Assembly: GCA_964514595.1 (NCBI GenBank)
Contig: CAZEQZ010000002.1
Span: forward strand, 29,812-93,811
Reading direction: 5' to 3'
Source of the DNA: an uncultured Candidatus Saccharibacteria bacterium
GTDB taxonomy: Bacteria > Patescibacteriota > Dojkabacteria > SC72
DNA: 64,000 bases
The position numbers and the translations under genes are program-made. Below the pieces are notes generated by a model. It had not been told where the DNA came from, searched no databases, and saw only the letters and a list, made by a program, of their open reading frames with translations. Shown here in pieces: positions 19,411 through 29,803 of this stretch (position 1 is the stretch's first letter; each line of letters opens with the position of its first letter).

Positions 19411-20730
19411 ATGACTTTAACAGAGGCAGCATTTTGGACAAAGAGATTTGGGGTTATAGCAGCAGGAGCATTTGCAGTTTTTGTGATAGTAATACTAGCT
19501 GTCACATTAAGAGCTGCTGATGAAATGCCTCCACAATACATGACTGCTAATTTTGCATGTACACAAACCAGAGAAGAGTTTCTAGAGCATAAGTTAGAAA
19601 TTCCCTCATTAAAACTGGCAGATGGTTCTGAAATGGTATTTGAAATAAATACGGATAGTGGAAAGATTGATTCCCTTCCTCAAATTATTAATGTCTATTC
19701 ATTTGACAATCCTGTACAAGCTTTAAGTGCACAAGCAGATGCAAAAATTTTAGCTAAGAAACTAGGGTTTGATCCTGATGCAATAATTAGAAGGGGTACA
19801 CAAAGCTATGTTTGGGTGGATAGGGAGAGAAACCAAACTTTGGAAGTGGAAGCTAAGAATTTAAATTTTTCATTAAAGACAGATCCTGCATTTATTAGAC
19901 AGATGGCCAGGGAAGCCAGCCTACCCTCTGAACAAGAAGCTAAATCGAAGGCGGCCAATGCCCTTAGATCTTTAGGACTATATCCCGAGGACTACTCCAC
20001 AGGAAATCACCAAACTACGTTAATAAAGGTTAATCCAGATGGTTCATATAGCAAGGCCACCGCTCTTGCAGACGCTCAGTTGGTAAGGGTGGATTTTGTT
20101 AGAAACAAATCTATGATAACAATACCCTCCAATATAGTCGGTGCAGAAAGTATGGTACAAACCCTTTCAAGGAAGCTACCTGAAGAACCAATTAGTGAGA
20201 CTAGGATTGTTAATGATGAAAAACTCATTGTATACACATTCAATACCTTAGTTTCTTTTCCTAATACACAAAGAGCTAATATTTCTGTATATATAGGCGT
20301 GGACAATAAGGATAATACAGTAACGACATTAAGTTCTGTATATCAAATAGAGTATACATTCTGGCCAATATATCCTGAATCTTGTGGTACATATGAATTG
20401 ATATCTCCACAAGTAGCAATAGAAAAGGTTCAATCTGGAGAAGGAAGTTTAGTATATCTTTTTGAAAACGGTGGAGATGATGTTATAGAGTATGTACCAA
20501 GAAGGGTGAAGAAATTTTCGGTATTAGACGTATATCTTGTATACTACGAAGATTGGGAAGAGTTAGAATATCTTCAACCAGTATACGCAATATCTGGGGA
20601 AGTTATATTTGATAATGATATTAAGGGATCCTTTGACTACTTCTACCCCGCTATTAACTATGAAATCGTACAGGATAAGATAGAACAACCAAAACCCGAA
20701 GTCATAGAAGAATCTGGAGGATTGTTGTAA
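19411..20730 (+). CDS. membrane-anchored extracytoplasmic hypothetical protein
   Basis: N-terminal TM (FGVIAAGAFAVFVIVILAVTL) followed by a 400-aa soluble domain. No family recognised. Confidence 0.4.
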   Translation: MTLTEAAFWTKRFGVIAAGAFAVFVIVILAVTLRAADEMPPQYMTANFACTQTREEFLEHKLEIPSLKLADGSEMVFEINTDSGKIDSLPQIINVYSFDNPVQALSAQADAKILAKKLGFDPDAIIRRGTQSYVWVDRERNQTLEVEAKNLNFSLKTDPAFIRQMAREASLPSEQEAKSKAANALRSLGLYPEDYSTGNHQTTLIKVNPDGSYSKATALADAQLVRVDFVRNKSMITIPSNIVGAESMVQTLSRKLPEEPISETRIVNDEKLIVYTFNTLVSFPNTQRANISVYIGVDNKDNTVTTLSSVYQIEYTFWPIYPESCGTYELISPQVAIEKVQSGEGSLVYLFENGGDDVIEYVPRRVKKFSVLDVYLVYYEDWEELEYLQPVYAISGEVIFDNDIKGSFDYFYPAINYEIVQDKIEQPKPEVIEESGGLL

Positions 20731-20775
20731 TAAAGATTGTTAATATAGGCCAAGATAATATATAATTGCTATTCA

Positions 20776-22107
20776 ATGGAAAGAACATTAATAGGAGAAT
20801 TGAAAAATCACATAGGAGAATCCGTAAGGATTAGAGGAAGAGTCGATACAATCAGGGATCAAGGGAAAATAATATTTTTAATAATAAGAGACCGAACTGG
20901 ACAAGTTCAAGCCATAGCTTGGAGTGGTAATGGTGAAGAACTTTTTAAGGAAGTAAAATCATTAACTCTAGAATCTATTGTAGATCTAACAGGAAACCTC
21001 AAGGAGGCAAAACAGGTAGAAGCAGGATATGAATTGGAAATAACGGAAATGAGTGTTGATTCTGTATCACAAACTCCCCTTCCAATAGTCATAGAAGAGG
21101 AACATCATGATAATCTAACAGCACTAGATTTAAGACTAGACTACAGATGGATAGATCTTAGATCTAAAAAGAACAACTTGATGATGAAGGTTGCAACAGT
21201 AATGACCAATAGTATGAGACAGTACTGCTTAGATAACAGTTTCTGTGAGATACAAGCTCCAAGAATAATAGGTGCTGCAAGCGAAGGTGGTGCTAATGTA
21301 TTTGAAGTCAAATACTTCGACAAGAAAGCATATCTTGCACAATCTCCACAATTTCATAAACAGATGGCAATGGCAGCAGATTTAGAAAGAGTCTTCAATG
21401 TTGGACCTGTATTCAGAGCTGAGAAATCATTCACAACAAGACATATAACAGAGTACACCAGTTTTGATGTAGAGATGGCATATATAGATTCATACAAAGA
21501 TGTATGCAAATTTGAAGAAGGATTGATTAAATCTATGTTAGAAGCTGTAAAGAAAGAGTACGGAGAGGAAATAGAGAAAGTATTTGGAATCAATATAAAG
21601 ATTCCAGAATCTTTTGAATATTTATCTGTAAAGGAAGCCAAAGAGAAATTAGCTAAAGAAAATATACCAAGTAAAGAGGAAGGAGACTTCTCCCCAGAGG
21701 AAGAAAGAGCTATTTCTGAGATAGTCGAAAGAGAAACAGGGAATGAATTCCTATTCATGATAGATTACCCACATAAAGACAGAGCTTTCTATCATATGAA
21801 AAACGCAGAAAATCCAACACTAGCATTGGGATTTGACCTATTCTGGAAAGGTATAGAAATAACCACAGGAGCACAAAGAGAACATAGAATGGACAATCTA
21901 ATAGAAAATGCAAAAGAAAGAGGTATAGATGTTGAATCTCTAAAAGACTACTTTGAATATTTTAAGTACGGCTGTCCCCCACATGGAGGATTTGCAATTG
22001 GCACAGAAAGATTACTTATGAAGCTACTTGGTTACAACAGTATCTTAGAAACAACATACCTTCCTAATACTCCTAATAGATTAGGAAAGTTATTAAACAA
22101 AAATTAA
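20776..22107 (+). CDS. aspS: aspartyl-tRNA synthetase, archaeal/eukaryotic type (class IIb; AsnRS not excluded)
   Basis: 443-aa class II aaRS with an N-terminal OB fold. Motifs: EGGANVFEVKYFDKKAYLAQSPQFHKQ (motif 1 region), FRAE (motif 2) and GGFAIGTERLLM (motif 3). Confidence 0.8.
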   Translation: MERTLIGELKNHIGESVRIRGRVDTIRDQGKIIFLIIRDRTGQVQAIAWSGNGEELFKEVKSLTLESIVDLTGNLKEAKQVEAGYELEITEMSVDSVSQTPLPIVIEEEHHDNLTALDLRLDYRWIDLRSKKNNLMMKVATVMTNSMRQYCLDNSFCEIQAPRIIGAASEGGANVFEVKYFDKKAYLAQSPQFHKQMAMAADLERVFNVGPVFRAEKSFTTRHITEYTSFDVEMAYIDSYKDVCKFEEGLIKSMLEAVKKEYGEEIEKVFGINIKIPESFEYLSVKEAKEKLAKENIPSKEEGDFSPEEERAISEIVERETGNEFLFMIDYPHKDRAFYHMKNAENPTLALGFDLFWKGIEITTGAQREHRMDNLIENAKERGIDVESLKDYFEYFKYGCPPHGGFAIGTERLLMKLLGYNSILETTYLPNTPNRLGKLLNKN

Positions 22108-23810
22108 GAGGAAAACTTCCACTCCTTTACATTAAACTGTATATCCTCCCTACCATTCCATGCATTTATATCAGGATATCCCACTACATCTATACTATCT
22201 CCTTCTTTAAGTGTATCTACATCCTCATTACAACTAAATAGTAGCAGGGTAAGATAATCTACTCCACTACCCTTAACAAACAGTTTAAGGTGATTACTCT
22301 CTTTGCCTATTACATTCTTTTTCTTTATTTCCAGCCCCTTTAAACAAACATACGGTTTAGGATTACCAAATCCTAAAGGTTCTAATTTCTTTAAATCATT
22401 TACCAAACTCACAGTAATATCCTCTGAATTTAGCAGTATCTCTACCTTTAACTTGGGAAGAAGATCATCGTCCGATATCTTCTCATTAGCATAATCTAAG
22501 ATACTTTCACTAAACTTCTTAAAATTTTCTTCCTTCAGAGTGAAGCCAGCTGCCAATTCATGTCCACCATATCTCTCTAAATACTTTTTAAATTTCTCTA
22601 ATGCCTTTGTAATATTAAAACCTTTAATACTCCTAGCAGAGCCCTTCACTAAGCCCTCATTTAAAGTGGCTACTATTACTGGTTTGTAGTATTCCTCCTG
22701 AAGTTTTCCCGCAACTAAACCAATAATACCCTCATGCCAGTTATCCCCTTTTGCAAAAAGTAATTTCTTTTTACTATCCTTAACCATTTCCCTCGCTTCT
22801 TCTAACACTCCATTTGTCATCCTCTGTCTTTCAAAGTTTGTTACCTCCAATACATTTGCTATTTCCTTACACTGCCTTTCATCTGTACTGACCAAAAGCC
22901 TTACTGCATCCATTGGGGAAGCTATCCTCCCTACAGCATTAATCCTAGGACCTAATATATATCCTAGATGATATGTATCTATATCTTCTATATTAATACC
23001 CGCTCTTAGTGCTAACATACGAAGTCCCAATCTATTTCCTTTCCTTATCTTATTTAATCCGAATTTAACAAATACCCTATTAACATCGATAAGTGGCATA
23101 ACATCGGTGACTGTCGAGAGTGATACTAAATCCAGACCATACATTGGATCCTCCTCCATACCAAGCTTGTCCATTACTGCTTGTATTAACAAATATACTA
23201 CTGCAGTACCTGAAATCTCCGTGTATGGATACTCCTTTTCTGGATACATTTGATGAACTAATGGATATTTCAAATCTTTAAGGATATCTTTAGGTGGCTG
23301 ATGATGATCTGTTACAATAAAATCCAAATTCTTTTCTTTTTTAAATTCATTTATCAATTCCTTATCCCTTACTCCACAATCTACAGTTATTACCAAGTTA
23401 GCTCCTAAATCCAAAACATCGTTTAAGGAATCCCTTGTTAAGCCATACCCCTGTTCTATTCTGTTTGGTAGATAAGGTACCACATCAATTTTCTTCTTTA
23501 GAAATTTTGATACATCTCTATATAGAAACTCCCATAACAAAGAGGTTGCACATATACCATCAGCATCATAGTCACCATGTATTACAATTTTACTGCCTTT
23601 CTCTATATGTTTAAGTATTTCCTTAGTAGCTTTAGAGGTATTGTACAGTTTTTTGTATGAAGGAATATTATTTAAGGAAGGATTTAGATAGTTTTCTTTC
23701 TCAACTATCTTCCTACTCTTTAAGATATACTCCACTACATCCGTTGTTTTCTTTTTTGGAATAATCCACTCCCTCCTACTTTGAAGACTCATCATTAATG
23801 AACTGTTCAA
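22104..23810 (-). CDS. recJ: single-stranded-DNA-specific exonuclease RecJ
   Basis: DHH motifs (HGDYDADGICA, VTDHHQP) and DHHA1 (GGHELAAGF) in a 568-aa protein. Confidence 0.85.
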   Translation of the reverse strand: MNSSLMMSLQSRREWIIPKKKTTDVVEYILKSRKIVEKENYLNPSLNNIPSYKKLYNTSKATKEILKHIEKGSKIVIHGDYDADGICATSLLWEFLYRDVSKFLKKKIDVVPYLPNRIEQGYGLTRDSLNDVLDLGANLVITVDCGVRDKELINEFKKEKNLDFIVTDHHQPPKDILKDLKYPLVHQMYPEKEYPYTEISGTAVVYLLIQAVMDKLGMEEDPMYGLDLVSLSTVTDVMPLIDVNRVFVKFGLNKIRKGNRLGLRMLALRAGINIEDIDTYHLGYILGPRINAVGRIASPMDAVRLLVSTDERQCKEIANVLEVTNFERQRMTNGVLEEAREMVKDSKKKLLFAKGDNWHEGIIGLVAGKLQEEYYKPVIVATLNEGLVKGSARSIKGFNITKALEKFKKYLERYGGHELAAGFTLKEENFKKFSESILDYANEKISDDDLLPKLKVEILLNSEDITVSLVNDLKKLEPLGFGNPKPYVCLKGLEIKKKNVIGKESNHLKLFVKGSGVDYLTLLLFSCNEDVDTLKEGDSIDVVGYPDINAWNGREDIQFNVKEWKFSS

Positions 23811-24429
23811 TTAAATCCCAACTAAAACCCTTCCGCATTAAATAATCTATTTTCTTCCTATCATCATACGTAATTTTTTGTTTCTTAAACTTCTTCTCAT
23901 ATATTCTCTTTAAAACATCATACTCATCCTCTACTAACTCATCAACTTTCTGTTGGGCTAAATCCCTATTCATACCTTTAGACATTAATTCAGCAACTAG
24001 AATCATTTTTCCTCTGGGTTTGTTCTTAACTCTAGAGAGTACAAATTCTTCTGCAAATCTCTCATCATCTAGATATTTATACTCCTTAAGTCTATCTATT
24101 ATTTCATTAAACATTTTTTCTAAATCCTCTTTAGATATATCACTATACCAATCCCCTTTTTTCTTAAATGACAAGTCTTTTAGATACCTTCTTAATTGAA
24201 ATTCTGTTTTAACAGATTTAGATATGTATGACATAGCTCTTGCCATAAATCTGTTTGTTAATTCTGTTATTAATATACTATCTAGTTCTTTAGCTTTAAT
24301 ACTCTTCCCCACATACATATTAAACTTAGCTACAGTATCTAGTGATACACCACAGAAAAATTTTCCATCAATATGCATATTGACCCTAGAAGGATCCTTC
24401 TTTTGAGATGAGAGTTTTGTTATCTTCAT
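23776..24429 (-). CDS. recX: RecX-like regulatory protein
   Basis: The start overlaps the recA stop (ATGA). Helical repeats with YLDDERFAEEFVLSRVKNKPRGKMILVAELMSKG resemble RecX (YLDDSRFA..F..SR...G...I..EL..KG). Confidence 0.7.
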   Translation of the reverse strand: MKITKLSSQKKDPSRVNMHIDGKFFCGVSLDTVAKFNMYVGKSIKAKELDSILITELTNRFMARAMSYISKSVKTEFQLRRYLKDLSFKKKGDWYSDISKEDLEKMFNEIIDRLKEYKYLDDERFAEEFVLSRVKNKPRGKMILVAELMSKGMNRDLAQQKVDELVEDEYDVLKRIYEKKFKKQKITYDDRKKIDYLMRKGFSWDLIEQFINDESSK

Positions 24430-25454
24430 TATTTAATTTTTGTTTTAACCTCTTTTTCGATCTTCTCTCTGAGCTTCTTGTCTTCTCTTAGAAGATCTGA
24501 TGTCGATTCTCTCCCCTGTGCTAGTTGAATATCTCCATATTTAAACCAAGCGCCTGCTTTCTGCACAACACCTAACTCCAATGCTGCATCCAATATACTA
24601 CTCTCTTTATCTATGCCCATAGGATATATCATATTAAAGGTGGCCTCTTTAAAAGGTGGCGCCATTTTATTTTTCACAACCTTCACCTTTCTAGAGTGTC
24701 CTATCAATTTCCCATCCTTAAGTATTTTGTCTTTTTGTCTAATATCCATCCTAATGGATGAGTAGAATTTGAGAGCATTACCTCCTGTGGTTGTTTCAGG
24801 ATTACCAAACATAATTCCAATCTTCATTCTTAATTGGTTTAGAAATATTATAGTAGTGCCCGTTTTACTAGATATAGCAGTTATTTTTCTCAGTGCCTGA
24901 GACATAAGTCTGGCTTGAAGACCCATATGACTGTCACCCATATCTCCCTCTATTTCTGCTCTCGGAGTTAATGCAGCTACTGAGTCTACAACTATAACAC
25001 CAAATGCTGCCGACCTAACCAATGTTTCCAATATCTCCAATGCTTGCTCCCCAAAGTCTGGTTGAGAGATATATAATTCATCCATATTAAGACCAATATT
25101 TTTTGCATAAGTAGGATCAAATGCATGTTCTGCATCTATGAACGCAACTGCTTCTCCCTTCCTTTGAGCTTCCGTTAGTATGTGAATAGCTAATGTAGTT
25201 TTCCCTGATGCCTCTGGCCCATATATTTCTACTATTCTACCTTTTGGTATACCCCCTATACCTAGTGCTATATCCAGAGAAAGTGCACCTGTGGGGATTA
25301 CCTCCACATCCACCTTACTCTGTTGCCCTAGCTTCATAATGGATCCTTTCCCAAATTGTTTTTCTATTTGAGATACCGCCATTTCTATGGCTTTCATCTT
25401 AGGGGAATCAACCTTAGGGGTTGATTCTGTTTTCTTTTTTGTAGCTGTTGTCAT
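24429..25454 (-). CDS. recA: recombinase RecA
   Basis: [20 protein letters not shown] (Walker A) and [11 protein letters not shown], with conserved L1/L2 regions throughout. Confidence 0.95.
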   Translation of the reverse strand: MTTATKKKTESTPKVDSPKMKAIEMAVSQIEKQFGKGSIMKLGQQSKVDVEVIPTGALSLDIALGIGGIPKGRIVEIYGPEASGKTTLAIHILTEAQRKGEAVAFIDAEHAFDPTYAKNIGLNMDELYISQPDFGEQALEILETLVRSAAFGVIVVDSVAALTPRAEIEGDMGDSHMGLQARLMSQALRKITAISSKTGTTIIFLNQLRMKIGIMFGNPETTTGGNALKFYSSIRMDIRQKDKILKDGKLIGHSRKVKVVKNKMAPPFKEATFNMIYPMGIDKESSILDAALELGVVQKAGAWFKYGDIQLAQGRESTSDLLREDKKLREKIEKEVKTKIK

Positions 25455-25550
25455 TTTAATTTTGCATAAAGTTAGTATATATTCAGAATATCAGAGTATA
25501 CCAATTAGGTCAAAGAGGGAGAGAAAAGATTTAATTAACCGATAATAATA

Positions 25551-26141
25551 TTATATTAGTTCTTTAGATATTACTTCTGATAGGTTTTTTACAAACTCAT
25601 TTCTTAATTTTGTACTCTCTCTAATATATCGGGCTACCTCTATTTGCACAGATGGTACCCTTAAGGTTGACGCCCCAAATTCTCCCAAAGTTTCTCCTAA
25701 TCTATTAGGGAATCTAAATATAGCTATATTAAGTCCTCTAAGTTCTCCTCTCTCCAAATTTCTTTGTAATAGTTTTGAAAGTATAATTGATTTCCTAAAC
25801 TGAGTGGGATAGTACACAGCTATATCATACATATGTCCATCTTTAAGTCCGTGTATATCTATAAAGTATTTGATTTTATTCTCCTTAATAATTTTCCTTA
25901 TCTCCTGCTTGTATGGATTACGTTGCTCCTTGTGATAGTTTGGATCAAAATCAGACTCAGTAGTGAGTACTATCCCAAACGAATTACTATTCTTGCATAC
26001 TTCCTCCAATATTGTATCCGTTAATGGCTCTCCAGTTTTGTATGCCATGCTAAGCCTAGGTCTTCTGTGGGCATATACGTGTGGTGCAGAGAGCAGTACT
26101 TCTTTTTTCCCTTCTATTGTCTTAAATGGCAGTGAGTTCAT
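25551..26141 (-). CDS. hypothetical protein, possibly N-formylglutamate-amidohydrolase-like
   Basis: LLSAPHVYAH and FIDIHGLKDGH resemble FGase-family metal-binding motifs. The assignment is weak. Confidence 0.35.
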   Translation of the reverse strand: MNSLPFKTIEGKKEVLLSAPHVYAHRRPRLSMAYKTGEPLTDTILEEVCKNSNSFGIVLTTESDFDPNYHKEQRNPYKQEIRKIIKENKIKYFIDIHGLKDGHMYDIAVYYPTQFRKSIILSKLLQRNLERGELRGLNIAIFRFPNRLGETLGEFGASTLRVPSVQIEVARYIRESTKLRNEFVKNLSEVISKELI

Positions 26142-26221
26142 TATATATAAATTAGCATATATTGAGGTTTATTTCCAAATATGGAAGAATATTAGTATAG
26201 ATAACTTTTTAAAAACACTCT

Positions 26222-26791
26222 ATGAAGAGAATAATTAATTTAGGTATATGTTTAATGTTAGGAGTTTTTGCCCTTTCATTCACTACTCTGCCATCATATG
26301 CACAAATGGATGAGGACTTTACGACAACAACATATGATGATTTAGAGTGGGAATATGATTGGGATACTAATTTTGACTCTACAACTGAATTTGAAGGGTT
26401 AGAGGAGTTAGTAGGTGCTGGTCTGATATTTGGTAGTGTGATGTTAATATTTGCATTAGCACTCTCACTAGGATTATATGTGTACTCCTCATTAGCTATG
26501 ATGACCATAGCAAAAAGGTTAGATCAACCAAATGGTTGGTTTGCATGGATACCTATTCTTAATGTAATACTTCTTTTTAAGATGGGTGATATGAATCCAT
26601 GGTTATTACTCATTGCATTAATACCTGGATTAGGAGCATTCGTAGTGGGAATTATTTCAATAATTGCCCTTATGAATATTTGTGAAAAGAGGGGGTATGA
26701 GAAGTTACTTGGATTACTTGCATTAGTACCTTTGGCAAATTTGATACTACTTGGTATTCTTGCATGGGGGAATGGGAATAAGAAGGAGTAG
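26222..26791 (+). CDS. membrane protein: signal peptide, acidic segment, then 4 TM helices
   Basis: 189 aa. The N-terminal signal is followed by a D/E/T-rich stretch and then hydrophobic helices. Confidence 0.45.
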   Translation: MKRIINLGICLMLGVFALSFTTLPSYAQMDEDFTTTTYDDLEWEYDWDTNFDSTTEFEGLEELVGAGLIFGSVMLIFALALSLGLYVYSSLAMMTIAKRLDQPNGWFAWIPILNVILLFKMGDMNPWLLLIALIPGLGAFVVGIISIIALMNICEKRGYEKLLGLLALVPLANLILLGILAWGNGNKKE

Positions 26792-26812
26792 GATTGATTA
26801 AATAGAGATTAA

Positions 26813-26840
26813 GGGGAGTACTTTGTACTCCCTTTTTCTA
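26813..26840. terminator. bidirectional intrinsic terminator between the membrane-protein gene and rmuC
   Basis: GGGAGTAC-ttt-GTACTCCC hairpin flanked by T-runs on both strands. Confidence 0.55.
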
Positions 26841-27983
26841 TTCTCTCTCAGGTATTACATCTACCAGTAACTTCTGTTCACTATCACCTGCTTCTAATCC
26901 CTCCTGCTTAACTCTGTCTATCCTCCTTACCAATTGATTAAATCTAGTAGTACTCACAGTATCATACTGTTTCTGCAATGACCCTATCCTATCCCCTATC
27001 TTATAAAACTCTCCAGAAAAATTCTCAAACTCTTTCTCAAAAGACTTAACATGAGTAATGATGTTATAAATATTCTTCTGTACCCTAAAATTCTCATACG
27101 ATTGCTTAATCATCCTTAGCATAGCCGTAAAACTAAATGGACCTGCTAACACCACCTTGCTCGCCATAGCCTCCTGAGAAAGCTCAGGCATCTTGTCGTA
27201 TATATATGAAAATATCATCTCATTAGGAATAAACAGTATTACAAAATCTACAGTCCTATCCTCTGGATTAATATAATCACGAGATGTAACTTGCTTTATC
27301 TTCTCTTTAACATCCTTTTCAAATAATTTCATATACTTCTCCTTTGTTTCCTTGTCCTCAGTTTCAGACATCCTCTGAAGATTTGCATACGGGAATTTAG
27401 AATCTACATTTATCCTTGTCCTATCAGGAAGAAATATTGCGAAATCAGGTCTAGTCTCAGAACCACTCTGTTCTTTATTAAATTCATAATCCTCCCCCCT
27501 TACAAATCCAGCCATCTTCAGAAGATCGTCCGCAACCTGCTCTCCGAATTGACCTCTTAATTGATTATTAGAAAGTACTTTCTTTAAACTCTCAGTACTA
27601 ACAGAAAGCTGTTCTGTAATCTTTCTACTTTCCTCTACAGATGTTTTTAAACTAGAGAAGGAATCTATCCTCTCTTTCTCAGCCGTCTTAACATACTCCT
27701 CTAAACCCTTCACCATTCTAGATATCTCCTCTCTTTTATTATCAAAATCTATCCTGTTCTGCTTACTCTCCGAAGCCAAAGATTCCCTAGCAGTCCTAAC
27801 CAAATACTCATTTGCCTCCATTAAAGCCTTCGGAACTAATTCCTCTAATTTTTCCTCAATACTTTCGCTAATATCCTCTGTATTAGCCCCTCCTCCCTTT
27901 TTTAATATATAGAAAAGTCCTATTCCTAACAGTATACCCCCTATTAAAGCTACAATTACCTCAATCATAATGGTAGAATACAT
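26838..27983 (-). CDS. rmuC: DNA recombination protein RmuC
   Basis: N-terminal TM, coiled-coil, and the RmuC core RPDFAIFLPDRTRINVDSKFPYANLQRM. Confidence 0.8.
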   Translation of the reverse strand: MYSTIMIEVIVALIGGILLGIGLFYILKKGGGANTEDISESIEEKLEELVPKALMEANEYLVRTARESLASESKQNRIDFDNKREEISRMVKGLEEYVKTAEKERIDSFSSLKTSVEESRKITEQLSVSTESLKKVLSNNQLRGQFGEQVADDLLKMAGFVRGEDYEFNKEQSGSETRPDFAIFLPDRTRINVDSKFPYANLQRMSETEDKETKEKYMKLFEKDVKEKIKQVTSRDYINPEDRTVDFVILFIPNEMIFSYIYDKMPELSQEAMASKVVLAGPFSFTAMLRMIKQSYENFRVQKNIYNIITHVKSFEKEFENFSGEFYKIGDRIGSLQKQYDTVSTTRFNQLVRRIDRVKQEGLEAGDSEQKLLVDVIPERE

Positions 27984-28013
27984 AAAGTTATCGTATGCTA
28001 TTATAGACTAAAT

Positions 28014-29234
28014 ATGATTAAGAAACTATCAAGTAAAGAGCTACTTTTTGTAAAAAATCTTTTCCTAACTACTATACTTGGAGGAATCATAGGGATTATT
28101 AACTACTTCTTTAATATATTCATTGCAAGGTATACAGATTCCCAAGTATTTAGTATATTTAGCTCTGCTTTAGGGGTGATATATCTTCTTCAGATTCCTG
28201 CAATAGCTATTCAAGCCGTAATTACCAAAGGAATTGCCCAGAATAAAAACAAAGATCTTAATCATTACAAGTGGAACTCTTTTCTGATTTTTTCTGGTAT
28301 GGGTATTATTTTCTCAATACTTTTCTTTCTATTTAAAAATACCGTTGCCGATATTGCCTCAATACCTACAGAAACAATCCTATTTTTAGCTATAACCTTT
28401 CTCTTTGCATTTATGAGTCCAGTAGCAAAGGGATTGCTTTTAGGATTAGAGAAGATCGTTACTGTTAATATCGTCTTGCTTTTAGAGACTATACTTAAAT
28501 TTGCAATCGGTATAGTAGCGATAAGAATGGGAGGTGCTCTTCCTCTGTTAATTTTGGCCAATTCTGTTCCTGCTATTCTCACTACCGTTGTAATACTTCC
28601 TTTGATTAAATTTGAGAAGAGAGATTTTGAAAGAGTTAAAATCAATTATATCGAGCTTGTACTCATAACTCTATCCATTCTTCTTCTAACTGCACCCTTT
28701 ACAGTTGATTTGATACTTGTAAATCCAGCGTTTAGACCAGAGTATGCAGCTATATCTCTTCTTGGGAAGCTTGTATATTTTGCATCTATAACTACAGGAG
28801 CAGTTATGTTTGCAAGACTTACAAATGAAAGCGAAGCAAAAAATCAAAGAAGGAGTTTAATGATTTCATTAATACTTTCTCTCTCTATTGGGTTGTTCAT
28901 CTCTACCCTATTTTTCATATTTAATGGCTATGTTGTTGATCTAACTGTTGGAAGCCAGTACGGTATGATTAGTAAATATATCGGGGTGTTTGGTCTTTGT
29001 ATGACGGGCTTTGCATTTGTATATATGGCTGCTAATTTTTTCATATCAAAAGGTTTTTTTAAATATCTATATATTCTCTTTATTACAACAGTACTTCAAA
29101 TACTTCTTTTTATTATTAGGAATGATTCTTTAGATATGGTTATACAAAATCAGATATTTGTATATATATTTCTTTCATTTGCAACGTTAATATATTTAAT
29201 AATTAAATTAAGAGATATTAAGAATGGTAGATAA
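28014..29234 (+). CDS. polytopic membrane protein, oligosaccharide/lipid-linked-glycan flippase-like (Wzx/MurJ-like superfamily)
   Basis: About 12 TM helices across 406 aa. The family assignment is by topology only. Confidence 0.45.
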   Translation: MIKKLSSKELLFVKNLFLTTILGGIIGIINYFFNIFIARYTDSQVFSIFSSALGVIYLLQIPAIAIQAVITKGIAQNKNKDLNHYKWNSFLIFSGMGIIFSILFFLFKNTVADIASIPTETILFLAITFLFAFMSPVAKGLLLGLEKIVTVNIVLLLETILKFAIGIVAIRMGGALPLLILANSVPAILTTVVILPLIKFEKRDFERVKINYIELVLITLSILLLTAPFTVDLILVNPAFRPEYAAISLLGKLVYFASITTGAVMFARLTNESEAKNQRRSLMISLILSLSIGLFISTLFFIFNGYVVDLTVGSQYGMISKYIGVFGLCMTGFAFVYMAANFFISKGFFKYLYILFITTVLQILLFIIRNDSLDMVIQNQIFVYIFLSFATLIYLIIKLRDIKNGR

Positions 29235-29718
29235 TAAGGTGATTAAGAAAAAAACTAAAAAGCTCACTAATGATTTTAAACAGTTTGCTTTTAAAGAGGC
29301 CACACTAGGTGCTGCAGTGGGTATTATGTTAGGTGCTGCATTTAGGGATGTAATAAATTCTTTGGTTAATGATGTCCTTACACCTCCTATTGCATATATT
29401 ACATCTGGTATAGATTTCACTTCTCTATATTTCACATTTGGTTCTACTAAGTATGAGAGTATTGAATTAGCAAGGGAAGCAGGTGCAGTGATTATTCATT
29501 ACGGAAATTTTATTAGTGAGTTCATTACATTTCTAATTACCGCTTTTATTCTATTTCTTTTAGCATATCAAGGTGGAAAGATAGTTAATAGATTAAACAA
29601 AAAAGAAGCGGAAAGGAAGAAAAGTAAAGAGAAGAAGTGTCCGTTTTGTAAATCGAAGATACATGAGGAGGCTACTAGATGTCCGTTTTGTACGAGTAGG
29701 TTAGAAAATGGACGATGA
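29224..29718 (+). CDS. mscL: large-conductance mechanosensitive channel MscL with a C-terminal Cys4 zinc-ribbon extension
   Basis: FKQFAFKEATLGAAVGIMLGAAFRDVINSLVNDVLTPP plus a second TM match MscL. The C-terminus carries CPFCKSKIHEEATRCPFC. Confidence 0.85.
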   Translation: MVDNKVIKKKTKKLTNDFKQFAFKEATLGAAVGIMLGAAFRDVINSLVNDVLTPPIAYITSGIDFTSLYFTFGSTKYESIELAREAGAVIIHYGNFISEFITFLITAFILFLLAYQGGKIVNRLNKKEAERKKSKEKKCPFCKSKIHEEATRCPFCTSRLENGR

Positions 29719-29782
29719 TGGATTTGAACCAACGACCCCTACAATGTGAATGTAGTGCTCTAACCAGCTGAGCTAATCGTCC
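29709..29782 (-). tRNA. tRNA-Val (anticodon CAC), no encoded CCA
   Basis: GGACGAT-TA-GCTC-AGCTGGTTA-GAGC-A-CTACA-TTCACAT-TGTAG-GGGTC-GTTGG-TTCAAAT-CCATC-ATCGTCC-A. There is one U·U mismatch in the T-stem. Its 3' end overlaps the last 10 nt of mscL. Confidence 0.75.
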
Positions 29783-29803
29783 ATAGAAACAATTATATCA
29801 CGA

